A stretch of 50,106 nt of DNA from Octopus sinensis (lineage: Eukaryota). The notes beneath the pieces were generated by a model, which had not been told where the DNA came from, searched no databases, and was given only the letters and a program-made list of their open reading frames with translations. Positions 1 through 11,871 of this stretch are shown here, piece after piece. How positions within the stretch are numbered: the first letter of the stretch is position 1; each line of letters opens with the position of its first letter. The position numbers were made by a program, and so were the translations under genes. The stretch covers positions 1-50,106 of the forward strand of contig NW_021834317.1 of assembly GCF_006345805.1 (NCBI RefSeq), read 5' to 3'.

Positions 1-172
1 GGGTTATGGCAGCATTCACCACTTAAACAAGAACACCATCCAGAAGATTCCGAGGTCATCTGGTGGCCGTGGTTGAAGCGTAATGGCGATTTCCTTGAAT
101 AAATTTACTCTTTAGTATTTCAGGATATTTTAAAGCAATTTTGGTAAATATATCTGTTAAAATGAGATGCCA
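1..172 (+). mobile_element. 3' end of a Tc1/mariner-superfamily transposase relic plus trailer
   Basis: Joining frames across small indels gives VMAAFT-LNKNTIQK-RFRGHLVAVVEA-NGDFLE*, with the stop at 100-102. This resembles the Tc1/mariner C-terminal RL-AV(I/V)-A-GG motif. Confidence 0.6.
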
Positions 173-299
173 GATACACGTGCACACAATATATATATGC
201 ATATCATATATAAATATATATATACATATGTATGTATGTATGTATATATATATATTTATGTATATATATATATATTATATTATATATATATAATATATC

Positions 300-343
<44 letters not shown>

Positions 344-351
344 TATATACA

Positions 352-596
352 TACTCTTTTACTTCTTTCAGTCATTTGACTGTGGCCATGCTGGAGCACC
401 GCCTTTAGTCGATTAAATCGACCACACGACTTATTCTTTGTAAGCCTAGTACTTATTCTATCGGTCCCTTTTGCCGAACCGCTAAGTTACGGGGACGTAA
501 ACACACCAGCATCGGTTGTCAAGCGATGTTGTGAGACAAACACAGACACACAAACATATACACATACACACACACACAACACATATACACACACAC

Positions 597-637
<41 letters not shown>

Positions 638-793
638 CACAATATACGACAGGCTTCTTCAGTTTCCGTCTACAAATCCACTCACAAGGCTTTGGGCGGC
701 CTGAAGACACTTGCCGAAGGTGCTACGCAGTGGAACTGAACCCGGAACCATGTGGTTCTTAGCAAGCTACTTACCACACAACCATTCCTACGG
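352..793 (-). mobile_element. SINE family B (tRNA-like head, CORE-like middle)
   Basis: Reverse-complement match to the copies at 4144, 22678 and 39713, sharing GCACCTT(C/G)GGCAAGTGTC and the tail GGCGGTGCTCCAGCATGGCC-CAGTCAAATGACTGAAA. Confidence 0.9.
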
Positions 794-835
<42 letters not shown>

Positions 836-841
<6 letters not shown>

Positions 842-1095
842 ATCGCATGACCGATCGGACTATCAGATGGTGCTACACAACGCTGGTCACAATGCAATTT
901 GCATTCTTTTAGCCTTCAAATGACGCCATACGGCTGACTAGGCGAGCAAGCCGACATTCCCCGCTGATCGAAAGTGGGACTGGAGCAACGTGAAATGAAG
1001 TATTTTCCTCAAGAACCCAACGCTCCCTCCCCCCGGTTCTGCGATTCGAACCTACAATTTAGCGATCGTGAGTACAAGAGTCTAACCACTAGGCA

Positions 1096-1100
<5 letters not shown>
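836..1100 (-). mobile_element. SINE family D (tRNA-like head, CORE-like segment)
   Basis: Minus strand reads GCCTAGTGGTTAG (A-box-like), then GGTTCGAATC (B-box-like), then TTCTTGAGGAAAATACTTCATTTCACGTTGCTCCAGTC, which is related to the copy at 44240. Confidence 0.65.
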
Positions 1101-1153
<53 letters not shown>

Positions 1154-1243
1154 ATAGGGAGAATCCAATACAGAGATAATAAAACATAGATGGAGGTGTG
1201 AGGGTGTGAGCGCAACATGGTACTATATATATTGCACGTGTGC

Positions 1244-1287
<44 letters not shown>

Positions 1288-1474
1288 CATGTATATATAT
1301 AAGTATATATATTATATTATATATATGTGTATATATATATATATATATATACATATTTACACGTATATACATATATATATATATATGTATATGTCTGTAA
1401 ACTGTGTGTTTATCTGTACATACACACACACACGTGTGCGTGATTGTGTATATATCATATATATATATACTTAC

Positions 1475-1516
<42 letters not shown>

Positions 1517-1533
1517 TATGAATGTAGATAGCT

Positions 1534-1643
<110 letters not shown>

Positions 1644-2030
1644 TTTCCGACTGGAATAGTCAAATAAAATAATAAAATTCATAAATGTTTGACGGTGAGC
1701 AACAGATTCAAATACAACCGGATGTCTTTGAATACAAATAATCTATTTCTCGAAATGTTTTCCATCGGAAACTAAGTTTCCTGGCACCATTCCAAAGTCC
1801 CCATCAAAATTCCTCAATAGAACTTACCATTCTACTTTTAGTTCAGCTTCATCCCCGACCCGCCTTCCTTTCATTTTCATCCTATCACTACGAAACTGAG
1901 CAAAATATTGGAGAGTAACCTATAAGACTTTCCGCAGTCCTTTTTACTACTAGAAATAGCAGCTAAATAACACTGATTTCTTCTGTGTTTGTATGCGCAC
2001 ACACACATGTATGTATGTATGCGAATAAGT

Positions 2031-2248
2031 TGTTTATTCCTTCACAAGCCACGGCTGGCTCATAAGGGTCGGTTTCCCGGTTTCCTTGGCGTAAAGGTTC
2101 CCCACCTGGACGAGACGCAGGTGAGCTGCAAAGATGCCCAAGGAACCGTGTGGAACTTAGGTGTTTCGCTCATAAACACACATATCGCCCGGTCTGAAAT
2201 TCGAATCCGCGATCCCTCGACCGCGAGTCCGCTGCTCTAACCACTATG
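2031..2248 (-). mobile_element. SINE family C (tRNA-like head), internally shortened
   Basis: Minus strand TAGTGGTTAGAGCAGCGGACTCGCGGTCGAGGGATCGCGGATTCGAAT. Homologous to 23206-23442, including AGGAAACCGGGAAACCG. Confidence 0.85.
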
Positions 2249-2282
2249 CGAGTATATATATATACACACACACACATATATA

Positions 2283-2425
2283 GCTGGACATCTTCCTGTC
2301 AAGAGTCCCAGATGAACCTACCTCACGGCAAGAGGTGCAAATGAGAGTAGCTATATCAAACTCCATTCTTCACCAAGTGCCACATATTAGACGAGGTTCG
2401 TCGTAATAACAGTGTAGCACAAAAC
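2283..2425 (+). mobile_element. CR1-clade LINE ORF2 extreme C-terminus
   Basis: LDIFLSRVPDEPTSRQEVQMRVAISNSILHQ matches the CR1-type LD-FL--VPDEP...SNSL ending. Confidence 0.65.
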
Positions 2426-2432
2426 AAGAAAA

Positions 2433-2537
2433 AACAGGACAAAAACAGCGGGTGTCTTACGACTTTAGACAGTTTACGCCAGCTAAGATAAGTTAAACTG
2501 TCTAAAGTCGTAAGACACCCGCTGTTTTAGTCCTGTT
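2433..2537. repeat. Inverted repeat, arms about 44 bp, spacer 17 bp
   Basis: AACAGGACAAAAACAGCGGGTGTCTTACGACTTTAGACAGTTTA pairs with TAAACTGTCTAAAGTCGTAAGACACCCGCTGTTTTAGTCCTGTT with one mismatch. Confidence 0.95.
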
Positions 2538-2569
2538 ATTACTATTCTTGTTTTTTATTTTTGTTTTTT

Positions 2570-2825
2570 TGTATTTATATTCGTGTGGCATCGTCCGTTT
2601 TTCTGTCCTTGTTTCGTATACATTCGATCCTTTTTCCAAGAAATCTAATGCTCGCAGCTTAGTTTTTCCTTGGGGCTGGCCGAATCGGAGCGATATCAGG
2701 ATTAATCAGCCGAAATTGACGATCCGGTTCCTGACTGAAGATTAGAGGCTTCGAATGACCCGACCGTTTTTTGTGTCATCTCTTTGTGTGTTTTGCGTTC
2801 TTGTCCCATTTTGCGTTCTTGTCCC

Positions 2826-2830
<5 letters not shown>
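2570..2830 (+). repeat. Diverged interspersed repeat with GACTGAAGA core, possibly Penelope pLTR-derived
   Basis: Colinear blocks CATTCG, TCTAATGCTC, CTTAG, CCGAAAT, GACTGAAGA and CGAATGACCCG are shared with 41690-41900. Confidence 0.55.
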
Positions 2831-2858
<28 letters not shown>

Positions 2859-3327
2859 CGCACATAAACACATATATACATATATATACACACATAGGCA
2901 AATCGTACATATTAATCACATGTTCAAAAAACATGAAGAACAACATTGAACAATATATTACATTACTTTGGATTATCATGCTTCGTATAGATCAGTAAGT
3001 GTATCCTAACGCAATATACTACCATTTTTAACAAAACCAACAGTAATGTTGTTTTAACGGTAATACTAAACAATGTAACAAAATTCATGAAGCAAGGTAC
3101 CAAGTATAAATGTTCTCACTTGCACATATATATATATACATATATGCACAAACAAGATATTTGCGTACGAAAATATTATACAAACAAAATCTAAATAGTA
3201 CTTGATGCATCCGCTAACACGAATAGGCTAAATTCAAGTATCCAAAACATTCAGTCCGAATTACAAATCCAGGTATGGTCCGTTCCACAAAATATAAGTC
3301 CCCGTTATATGCATATTAGTTTCACAG

Positions 3328-3398
<71 letters not shown>

Positions 3399-3485
3399 AA
3401 AATAATAAATATTAGGGAATGAATCCAAAATTACAGGGAAAAATCAGATTTAGGGTTAAATCCAATTTTATAGTAAAATATATAT

Positions 3486-3564
3486 AATATAATTCGAGAC
3501 AAAACCACTATTTTAAAACCAAACAAGGAAAGACTTAATCAATACATAAAATTTTAATATAAAT

Positions 3565-3596
<32 letters not shown>

Positions 3597-3678
3597 TTAA
3601 TTTATATTAAAATTTTATGTATTGATTAAGTCTTTCCTTGTTTGGTTTTAAAATAGTGGTTTTGTCTCGAATTATATT
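3486..3678. repeat. Perfect 88-bp-arm palindrome with (AAAT)n spacer
   Basis: 3486-3573 is the exact reverse complement of 3591-3678; the spacer is 17 bp. Confidence 0.97.
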
Positions 3679-3729
3679 AATATATATATATATATATATA
3701 TATTATCGTTTATATTTTCTTTTGCCTAT

Positions 3730-3920
3730 TACTTGTCTCAGTCATCAGATTGCGGCCATGCTGGGGCACTGCCTTCAAGAATTTTTAGTCAAATGAACCA
3801 AACGCAGTACATATAACTTCTATTAAGTCTGGTACTTATTCCGTCGATCTCTTTTGCCGAACCGTTAATTTACAGGGACATAAACACACCCACACCAGCT
3901 GTCAATTAATGGTGGGGACA

Positions 3921-3965
<45 letters not shown>

Positions 3966-4127
3966 GACTGGCTCCTTTCAGTTTCCGTCAACCAAATCCA
4001 CTCACAAGGCTCTGATCGGCCCGAGACTATTGTAGAAGACACTTGCCCAAAGTGCCATGCGATGCGACTGAAACCGGAACCATGTGGTTGGGAAGCAAGC
4101 TTCTTGCCACACAGCCACGCCTGCGCC
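3730..4127 (-). mobile_element. SINE family B
   Basis: Reverse-complement copy of family B with a diverged tail. Confidence 0.9.
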
Positions 4128-4143
4128 TATTTACATATATATA

Positions 4144-4535
4144 AGCGCAGGAGTGGCTGTGTGGTAAGTAGCTTGCTTACCAACACATGGTTCCGGGTTC
4201 AGTCCCATTGCGTGGCACCTTGGGCATGTGAGTGGATTTGGTAGACGGAAACTGAAAGAAGCCCGTCGTATATATGTATATATGTATGTATGTGTGTATA
4301 TGTTTGTGTGTCTGTATTTGTCCCCGCAACATCGCTTGACAACCGATGCTGGTGTGTTTACGTCCCCGTAACTTAGCGGTTCGGCAAAAGGGACCGATAG
4401 AATAAGTACTAGGCTTACAAAGAATAAGTCCTTGGGGTCGATTTGATCGACTAAAAAGTGACCGATTTGAACGACTGCGGCCAGCATGGCCGCAGTCAAA
4501 TGACTGAAACAAGTAAAAGAGTAAATGAGTAAAGT
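4144..4535 (+). mobile_element. SINE family B
   Basis: Starts GCGCAGGAGTGGCTGTGTGGTAAG, contains GGTTCAGTCCC, and ends CAGCATGGCCGCAGTCAAATGACTGAAACAAGTAAAAGA. Confidence 0.92.
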
Positions 4536-4811
4536 AAAGGTCTAATTATTATTTTTATATATCCATACAAACAAAATGCTTTGCGCCAATTTACTGATTC
4601 GATAATTTACTATAAAATCCCATGGAATTCTTGCCTTTAAAAATTCTAAATTTTTCAGTTGTAAGTAGCCCACATAACTTCAATAGTATCCCTTTTCGCT
4701 CCTTTTAAGTCATACTAAACACTTGTACTAAATGCAAACAGAGTAGAGTAAATATGATTGGTTGAAATTAACTATTATACTTTTTATGTTTTTAAAGAAT
4801 ATTTTGTTTTT

Positions 4812-4887
<76 letters not shown>

Positions 4888-4940
4888 TAAGCAAATAAAA
4901 GATGGAGAGATAAGAGACAAAAAGTTGCTAGAATCCTTTC

Positions 4941-5120
4941 GGGCGGCGTGTTGGCAGAAGCGTTAGCACGCCGGGTCAAATGTTTAGTAGCATTTTGTCC
5001 GTCTCTTCGATCTGAGATCAAATTCCGACCAGGTCGACTTCGACTTTCATCCTTTCCCAGTCGATAAAATATGTACCAGCTAAACACCGGAGTCGATTTA
5101 ATCGACTTACCCCCATCCCA
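4941..5120 (+). mobile_element. SINE family A, diverged
   Basis: Homologous to the GGCGGCGAGCTGGCAGAA...GTCGACTTTGCCTTTCATCCTTTCGGGGTCGAT family. Confidence 0.85.
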
Positions 5121-6069
5121 TGAGAGAGAGAGAGAGAGAGTGTGTGTTATCCTTCGGTTTGCAAGGTAGTTGGTTCCGTAAGTCTAGCGTACAATCGAAA
5201 TAATATAAAGGGAAATATGTTTTTAATGACATCGATAAACACAAACAAAATTTAAATAATTACACTAGGTAACATAGTTTTATTATGCAAGTTCTGTTTC
5301 GCTTACATTTTTTTGTTTTGTTTTGTTTATGCATTATGTGTGTTTTCCTATCAAATTTAGGACGATGAATACAAACAAAAACACGTCATTAGTTTTTGTA
5401 CACCAAGATAGATTTGTGAATTCACAATATTTCTTCTAATACAATTTATTGTAATTCGGCTGCATTATATAACATATAGAAATCATATAATATAATGAAC
5501 AGTTATGAATAATGCAACTACGTTGTAATAACTACAGTGACACGATGAATCAAAAAGCATCAATAACCTTTTAATTTTCTTCTAGCACAACTCATACAGT
5601 TTCCAAGATACAACTTACCTGAGTACTTGCAAAACAATGCTCTTATTTACTATTTACAATGGAATGTTCCAGAACAATAAAACTTAAGCAATTCATCAAA
5701 TAACTAAACATGTCTTCATGGGCTTGCCCAGCCAGTCTGTTTATTAATTAATATTCTATTAATAGTATCTCATTGTTTTGCGCCTCGTTATCTGTATAAG
5801 TATTTCAATGGATTAGTCTATCATGTTTGATTCAGGAAAGTTCTACGTAGATACAGATGTGTGATACGAGTGTAATTTCAACACATACATCGTTACGCAT
5901 GATAGAAAATAATAGCTGATATAACTGACCAGATACTGATGCTATTATGAGAAGAATTTTGACATTGTGTTCAGCATAATAAAGTTCTATATTTAAGAGA
6001 TATGGAATTATGTACATTATTTATATTGCTTACATTTGATGGATAGTTGTCCTCATCTTGTTTGTTGTT

Positions 6070-6115
6070 AACACAACGTTTCTGCTGATATACTCTCCAG
6101 TCTTCATCAGGTGTC
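6070..6115 (-). ncRNA. Minimal hammerhead-ribozyme-like motif with damaged stem II
   Basis: Minus strand GACAC-CTGATGA-A-GACTG-loop-CAGCA-GAAAC-GTT-GTGTT. It is an inverted copy of 7411-7456 with two stem II mismatches. Confidence 0.5.
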
Positions 6116-6155
6116 TTGGGGAAATTTCGGACCTGGGTTCGATTCCAGGCAGTGA

Positions 6156-6159
<4 letters not shown>

Positions 6160-6209
<50 letters not shown>

Positions 6210-6336
6210 CAACAACAACAATAATAATAATAATAATAAAAACAATATAATAATAACAATAACAATGATAATAATAACAATAATAATAATAACAATAACA
6301 ATAATAATAATAACAAAACACAACAACAACAACAAC

Positions 6337-6396
<60 letters not shown>
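6160..6396. repeat. (AAT)n/(AAC)n compound microsatellite
   Basis: Read directly from the sequence. Confidence 0.98.
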
Positions 6397-6398
<2 letters not shown>

Positions 6399-7312
6399 AT
6401 GCATATAATAAGGTTTTAGCCATAAATTCCTTAGTAGTGCCAGTTGTTCTTTATAACTTCAATGTGCTTAACTGGAATACCAGTGAAATAATGAAAATTG
6501 ACAGAACAATCCGCAAGCTACTGACTTGTAATAAGATGCACCATCCAAAGGCAGACGTGATCGCCTTTACCTTCTGACCCAAAATGCCGATTCTGTAACG
6601 ATGAGATTGAAACAATAGACTACCTAATCTCAGGGTGTAGAGTCTTAGCACCTGCAGAATATAAAGCAAGACATGACAGAGTCGGCCAGTATTTACATTG
6701 GACAATATGTCGGCATTATAAACCGCTGACAAATGGTATAAACATCATCCTGAAGCTGTGACTGAGGTAGAAAATGTGTCGATTCTATGGGACTTTCCCG
6801 TGCAGACCGACAAGACTATAAAAGCTAATAAACCGGATATTATTATAAAAGATCAGACAAAAAGGATGTGTTTATTAATTGACATGAGTATTCCCTGTGA
6901 TCACAATATAGCGGCGAAAGAATTTGACAAGATTAGTAAATATAAAGACCTACTAATAGAAATTGAAAAAATGTGGCATCTCAAGGCGACTACATTACCA
7001 GTGATTGTAGGATCTCTAGGAATGATAAAAAAAAGGTACTGAAACTATTTGAAAATGATTCAGGCTTACCATCCCTACAAGAAGTGCAAAAAAATCGTAT
7101 TAATGGAACGGCAATGTACTAAGAAGAGCACTATCGCTGTGAAAATAACATCCATCCATGAATTTATTTATTTATTAATTTTAATACACATTTTATCTGT
7201 GAATTTGCGCGTGTAATCTGGGAATGCATACAATGCCCTCCTCTGCCCTATGTGTGGAAAACACTCGGCGAGAAACGGAAGAAAATTTGAGAAAGAAGGA
7301 AAAAAAACATAA
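6395..7312 (+). mobile_element. R4/Dong-clade non-LTR retrotransposon, 5'-truncated and internally deleted
   Basis: Late-RT segment AINSLVVPVVLYNF...MHHPKADV; CCHC-type knuckle PKCRFCNDEIETIDYLISGC; RHDRV; restriction-like endonuclease ILWDFPVQTD...NKPDIII...IDMSIP...K; ends LRRALSL* near 7143. A 3' UTR runs into (TAA)n. Confidence 0.9.
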
Positions 7313-7410
7313 AATAATAATAATAATAATAATAATAAAATAATAATAATAATAATAATAACATCGAAAAATACCTTAAGAATGATTACCCAGGTTCGAA
7401 ATTTCCCCAA

Positions 7411-7456
7411 GACACCTGATGAAGGCTGGAGGATATATCAGCCGAAACGTTGTGTT
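7411..7456 (+). ncRNA. Minimal type I hammerhead-ribozyme-like motif
   Basis: Stem I GACAC/GTGTT; core CTGATGA at 7416-7422; one extra A; stem II GGCTG/CAGCC; GAAA at 7444-7447; palindromic AACGTT stem III; putative GUU cleavage after 7451. Confidence 0.7.
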
Positions 7457-7623
7457 AACAATAAACAAGATGAAGACAAATATTCGTCGAATGTAAGTAA
7501 TGTAAATAATTGTGTTCAGTATGCTGAAAATATATATAAGAGTATCATTAAATCAAGTGAAACAATTTTTCTCGTTAAAAAAGATTTTTTTTATTGAGAT
7601 GAGAACAATAAATACGATTTTAA

Positions 7624-7838
7624 GGCGGCAAGCTGGCAGAACCGTTAGCACGCCGGGCGAAATGCTTAGCAGTATTTCGTCTGTCTTTACGTTCTGAGTT
7701 CAAATTCCGCCGAGGTCGACTTTTTTTTTCATCCTTTCGGGATCGATTAATTAAGTACCAGTTGTGTGCTGGAGTCGATCTAATCGACTAGTCCCCTTCC
7801 CCAAAATTTCTGACCTTGTGCCTAGAGTAGAAAAGAAT
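7624..7838 (+). mobile_element. SINE family A, tail type 2
   Basis: Family A body ending CCCCAAAATTTC...CCTTGTGCCTAGAGTAGAAAAG. Confidence 0.92.
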
Positions 7839-8863
7839 AAATGCGATTATCCGATGTAGATATGTATGTATGTATGTATGTACGCCGAGGTCCCATCCAT
7901 AGGTTAAATAGATTTCTCAGGGGTAGAGATGGTTCCCATTATTTTTGACAAAATTGGCTGGAAGGCAGCTCTTCTAGGAGAAAGATACTCTGACATAAAA
8001 CTTGCAGCCAAAATGGTACCCGTCATCTTGCACTGGAACCATTTACGGCGACCGAGAGAATGGCAGAAATGTTGTACAAGCTTTTGGCCCTTCAATCAAA
8101 TGACGTTCTGATGTCACTCTGTCTCTTCATTTCTTGGTCCGTTTTCTGTTTTATAAATCTTAAGGCGATGGGTGCGATATTCTATGTGAGACTGATATAT
8201 TACAAAAAGAAAAAAAAAACTGCACGAAAAATATTCTTGAAGAAAATTATGTCACCAGTTCCTTATCTTTCGGCCACTTTGCAAGATGAAGACGGAAACC
8301 CTAGCAGCCACTATTTCCTGATATGTAGTTGATTGTAACTTAGTTGTAGATCTGAACCCTTCATTTTGAAAGCAGTAGTTATGAACTTTCTTACATTAGT
8401 CAACATAATCAATATCTTTATTTTAACTGCTCTTCGTTTTAATTTCACCTGGTTTTAATTAAATGTTTCTTTTCCCGTTATTAACCAGTTTGCACAGACG
8501 TATGTCGAGGCGGTCAAATTTTAGGACAGACGACATCAAAGAGTGGACTGAAAGCAAGAGCCTTGCTGGTTGTTTGCAAGCAGCACGACCCAGAGTCTTG
8601 GCGAGTAGACTCTTGAACACACAGAGACTAGCTGGCTGATGAAGTACCAATCTAACGACCGGTGTTTCAGCAAACTTCCTGTTCGACATTCCACAGGTTC
8701 CAACGATACTGGATTAGGGAGGGTCGGCTGTAGGTCTGTTAAAGGATGATTACTGTCTTATAATTTTTTCAGTTCTAAATACATCGTTAGATTTAACAAC
8801 AATATCTTTAATACGAGATTTACTTTGCTCTTTTAAGCGTATTATTGACTCCGCATTATGATA

Positions 8864-8908
<45 letters not shown>

Positions 8909-9469
8909 GCACTCGCATACATGTACGTACACTTTTCTATGCGTATGTATACAATTACGAATATGCGTGCGTATGTTTGTGTTTAAATTTGCTCTATTCC
9001 TCTGTCATTCCACCACAAATTTTAATCTCAGACAGGATTAACGAAATAGTATATTTCGAAGACTTATTAACAATCAGCATTACCAGGAAGGCTGTTATGG
9101 GATTATCTGAACAGTTCTTAAATAATGACACCAAACTGGTTTTAAATAGCTACTTAGAAAAGTCATAATCACGTTACCATGTGATGTTTACTCTAACTTG
9201 TTTACAGATCCCTACATAAATGTTATGATTTCGGGGTGTAATTTAAAAGTTTCTTTGACAATAGTTGGTTTGTATGACGAAATTTTGGATAGATTTCATA
9301 TTAACAGTTTCAGACTAAGATTGAGTTAGTTAAGAGGATATTGAGCTACGGCTTCTTGGTTCATCCATTTAAATATAAAAAATAAGCTATGTTACGTTGT
9401 GTGTTTGAATATAACACATTATTCTCCATAGAGATAGTTCGCAGTTCCTGTATGAGGAATGCTTTTACT

Positions 9470-10440
9470 TGGTCACCAACAAATTGTCTATGATCCTATT
9501 TGATTTGTCTCTCTTGACCGACAGAATAGTGCGGTAACTGGTGATGTTATTGGGCTCGTAGTCAAGCGGCAAGCTAGCAGAATCGTTAGCATGCCGGGCG
9601 AAATGCTTAGCGGTATTTCGTCCGTCTTTACGTTCTGAGTTCAAATTCCGCCGAGGTCGACTTTGTCTTTCATACGTTCGGAGTCGAAAAGTTAAGTACC
9701 AGTGAAAAACTTTCACCTAAATTTCAGGCCTTGTGCCTATAGTAGAAAAGGTTATTGGGCTCGCAGTAAAATCCAGCTTTCGACAACGGATGCCCTTGGG
9801 ATCAAAGATGGCCAGATTACAAAAGTAATGATGCCAAGATCTCCAAAAGATTTCGCCACCACAAGTAGAAAGAACGTTCCATAGACTTCATGGACACCAG
9901 AAGAATATGCAATCTTTTCTTTGATGGTTTCCAAGATCTTGTAAATTCTCGACAATAGAAACTATACAAAGAAATTGGTGGTAGAGAGCAACTTGGAAAA
10001 TACATCAAAGAAGCAATATCAGGAATTCGTTAAGAATATGCTTCATATGTGCAATCACTTCCTCTATTGCATAATCAATAGAAATTCTCTTTTGCTCTTC
10101 AGAAAACCTCAACGCAGAGCGAATTCTAAGCAATGGAAGATCAAAATATTTCAGAACAATTTGGCACTCTTTGGCAAGTTATGCATTTTATATAGAATTA
10201 GGATGATAACTATTCCAGGTCCTTTGCAGTTCTTCCTGTCTTCCCTTTCAAACTTTTGTAATCTACAAACTCAGATCTTTTAAAATATTTTGAGCAACCC
10301 AGGAAATCAAAGCCATCTTCAACGTACGGCGGTAAAGTCATAGTTGCTACTGTAAAAATCGTACCAGCGTCACCATTTTCCAAGAGTATGCCAACAGCCT
10401 ATTCATGCCTTATCTGGAGAAGCGACTGCCGATAGCTACA
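9470..10440 (+). mobile_element. Degenerate DNA-transposase relic, Academ-like, interrupted by a SINE
   Basis: Frame-hopping blocks FRQRMPLGSKMARL, LENTSKKQYQEFVKN...NRNSLLLFRKP...KIKIFQNNLALFGKL, STNSDLLKYFE and TIFQEYANSLFMPYLEKRL resemble Academ-type transposases from memory. Many stops. Confidence 0.6.
9565..9750 (+). mobile_element. SINE family A with 17-bp target-site duplication
   Basis: GTTATTGGGCTCG(T/C)AGT occurs at 9546-9562 and 9751-9767 on either side of the SINE. Confidence 0.92.
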
Positions 10441-10899
10441 TGGGTAGGAGTTGTATTGGACATATATGTATGTGGCATGCATACATAACACTACATACAT
10501 ACATAATACATACATACATACATACATACATACGATATATATATATATATATTTATATAATATTATATAATATATTAAATTAGAGATAAAACCACTATAG
10601 GCAAATCAACAGTGAAAAACATAAACCAATACATATAAATAATTAATTAATTATATAATAAACAAAAATATATAAAATATAAACTTATTTAATTATTATT
10701 TAGACTTATAATTTATATATATATTACTTTATATATAGTATATATAATATTATATATATATATATATATATAATTTGTAGAAAACATAATCCGAAAGAAG
10801 AAGCACAATTAAGATGTATATATTAAAAATGGGGAATGCCGATTTATGGGATTACCTTAGGTTTCCCGTCCGTAAAGAGTTTAGCTTTATGGCGTATCG

Positions 10900-11345
10900 T
10901 CAGATCTCCAAAAGCCTGTTGGCCCATGACCTCTTAAAAATATGTGGGGGGATGCCTCACTACTCAGAGCCGGCGGCAGCAGCAATAGCAACAGTAACAC
11001 CAGCAGGTACAGCAACGACGACACACGCCCACGGAGGTACACTGGATGTTCTGGAAACTCTTTTAAGCAACATCTCTCCAACCACAGGTCCTCTTCAGAG
11101 TTCCGGAGAAGAGATACGCAACAGCACTGGCCAGCCACGTCTGGCAACTAAGAGACGATGGGACTCCATACTCGATCTCATGGAAAATCCTTGAGAACCC
11201 AGGGCCGCGACGAAGCGTTGCAAGTTATGCATAGCTGAACGCGCGAGATTTCTTAAAGACTCACTCGAACCAGGGAACATGCTTAATCCAGAACGGAGAT
11301 TTTCGGGCCATGTTTACATTTCAGGAGGTTTTCGCTAGCGTTTTA
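10900..11345 (+). mobile_element. Penelope-like element GIY-YIG endonuclease relic
   Basis: GGCLTTQS, RRYTGCSGNSFKQHLSNHRSS, TALASHVWQLRDDGTPYSISWKIL and TKRCKLCIAER...LN across frameshifts follow the PLE endonuclease C-terminal pattern. Confidence 0.8.
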
Positions 11346-11480
11346 GGGCCCACAAGATGCCAGCACAGCCGGAAGTCGATAGCCAATAGCAAAGGGAGAT
11401 CATCCCCAATTGTTACCTTTGAGTAGTAAGGCATTTCCCCCTTCCCCGTTTTTAATATATATATATATATATATATAAAA

Positions 11481-11563
11481 TTAACAGAGTGAGATAAAAA
11501 TCCAAGGCTATAAAGAATGTTCTGGAATCTTTATAGCCTTGGATTTTTATCTCATTCTGTTAA
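11481..11563. repeat. Inverted repeat, 36-bp arms, 11-bp spacer
   Basis: 11481-11516 pairs with 11528-11563 with one mismatch. Confidence 0.95.
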
Positions 11564-11731
11564 CTTATTTATATATACACATGCTGACATATGACCTACG
11601 TTGGACTCCTCATTCGCATAACCACCGAACTTGGAGCTTAACTATAGTCTGTCCATAGCACTTACACAGCATTACAGCATTACCTGGCATCTTTGGGTCT
11701 TCTTGACTCCATTACCTCTCATAACTCTCTC

Positions 11732-11830
<99 letters not shown>

Positions 11831-11831
11831 A

Positions 11832-11871
<40 letters not shown>

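Noticed and set aside
8635-8680. CTGATGAAG as another hammerhead core
   Set aside because: No stem II and no downstream GAAA.
10814-11194. 126-aa ORF as a novel host protein
   Set aside because: Overlapping frames carry the Penelope GIY-YIG motifs, so this is an off-frame reading of a decayed element.
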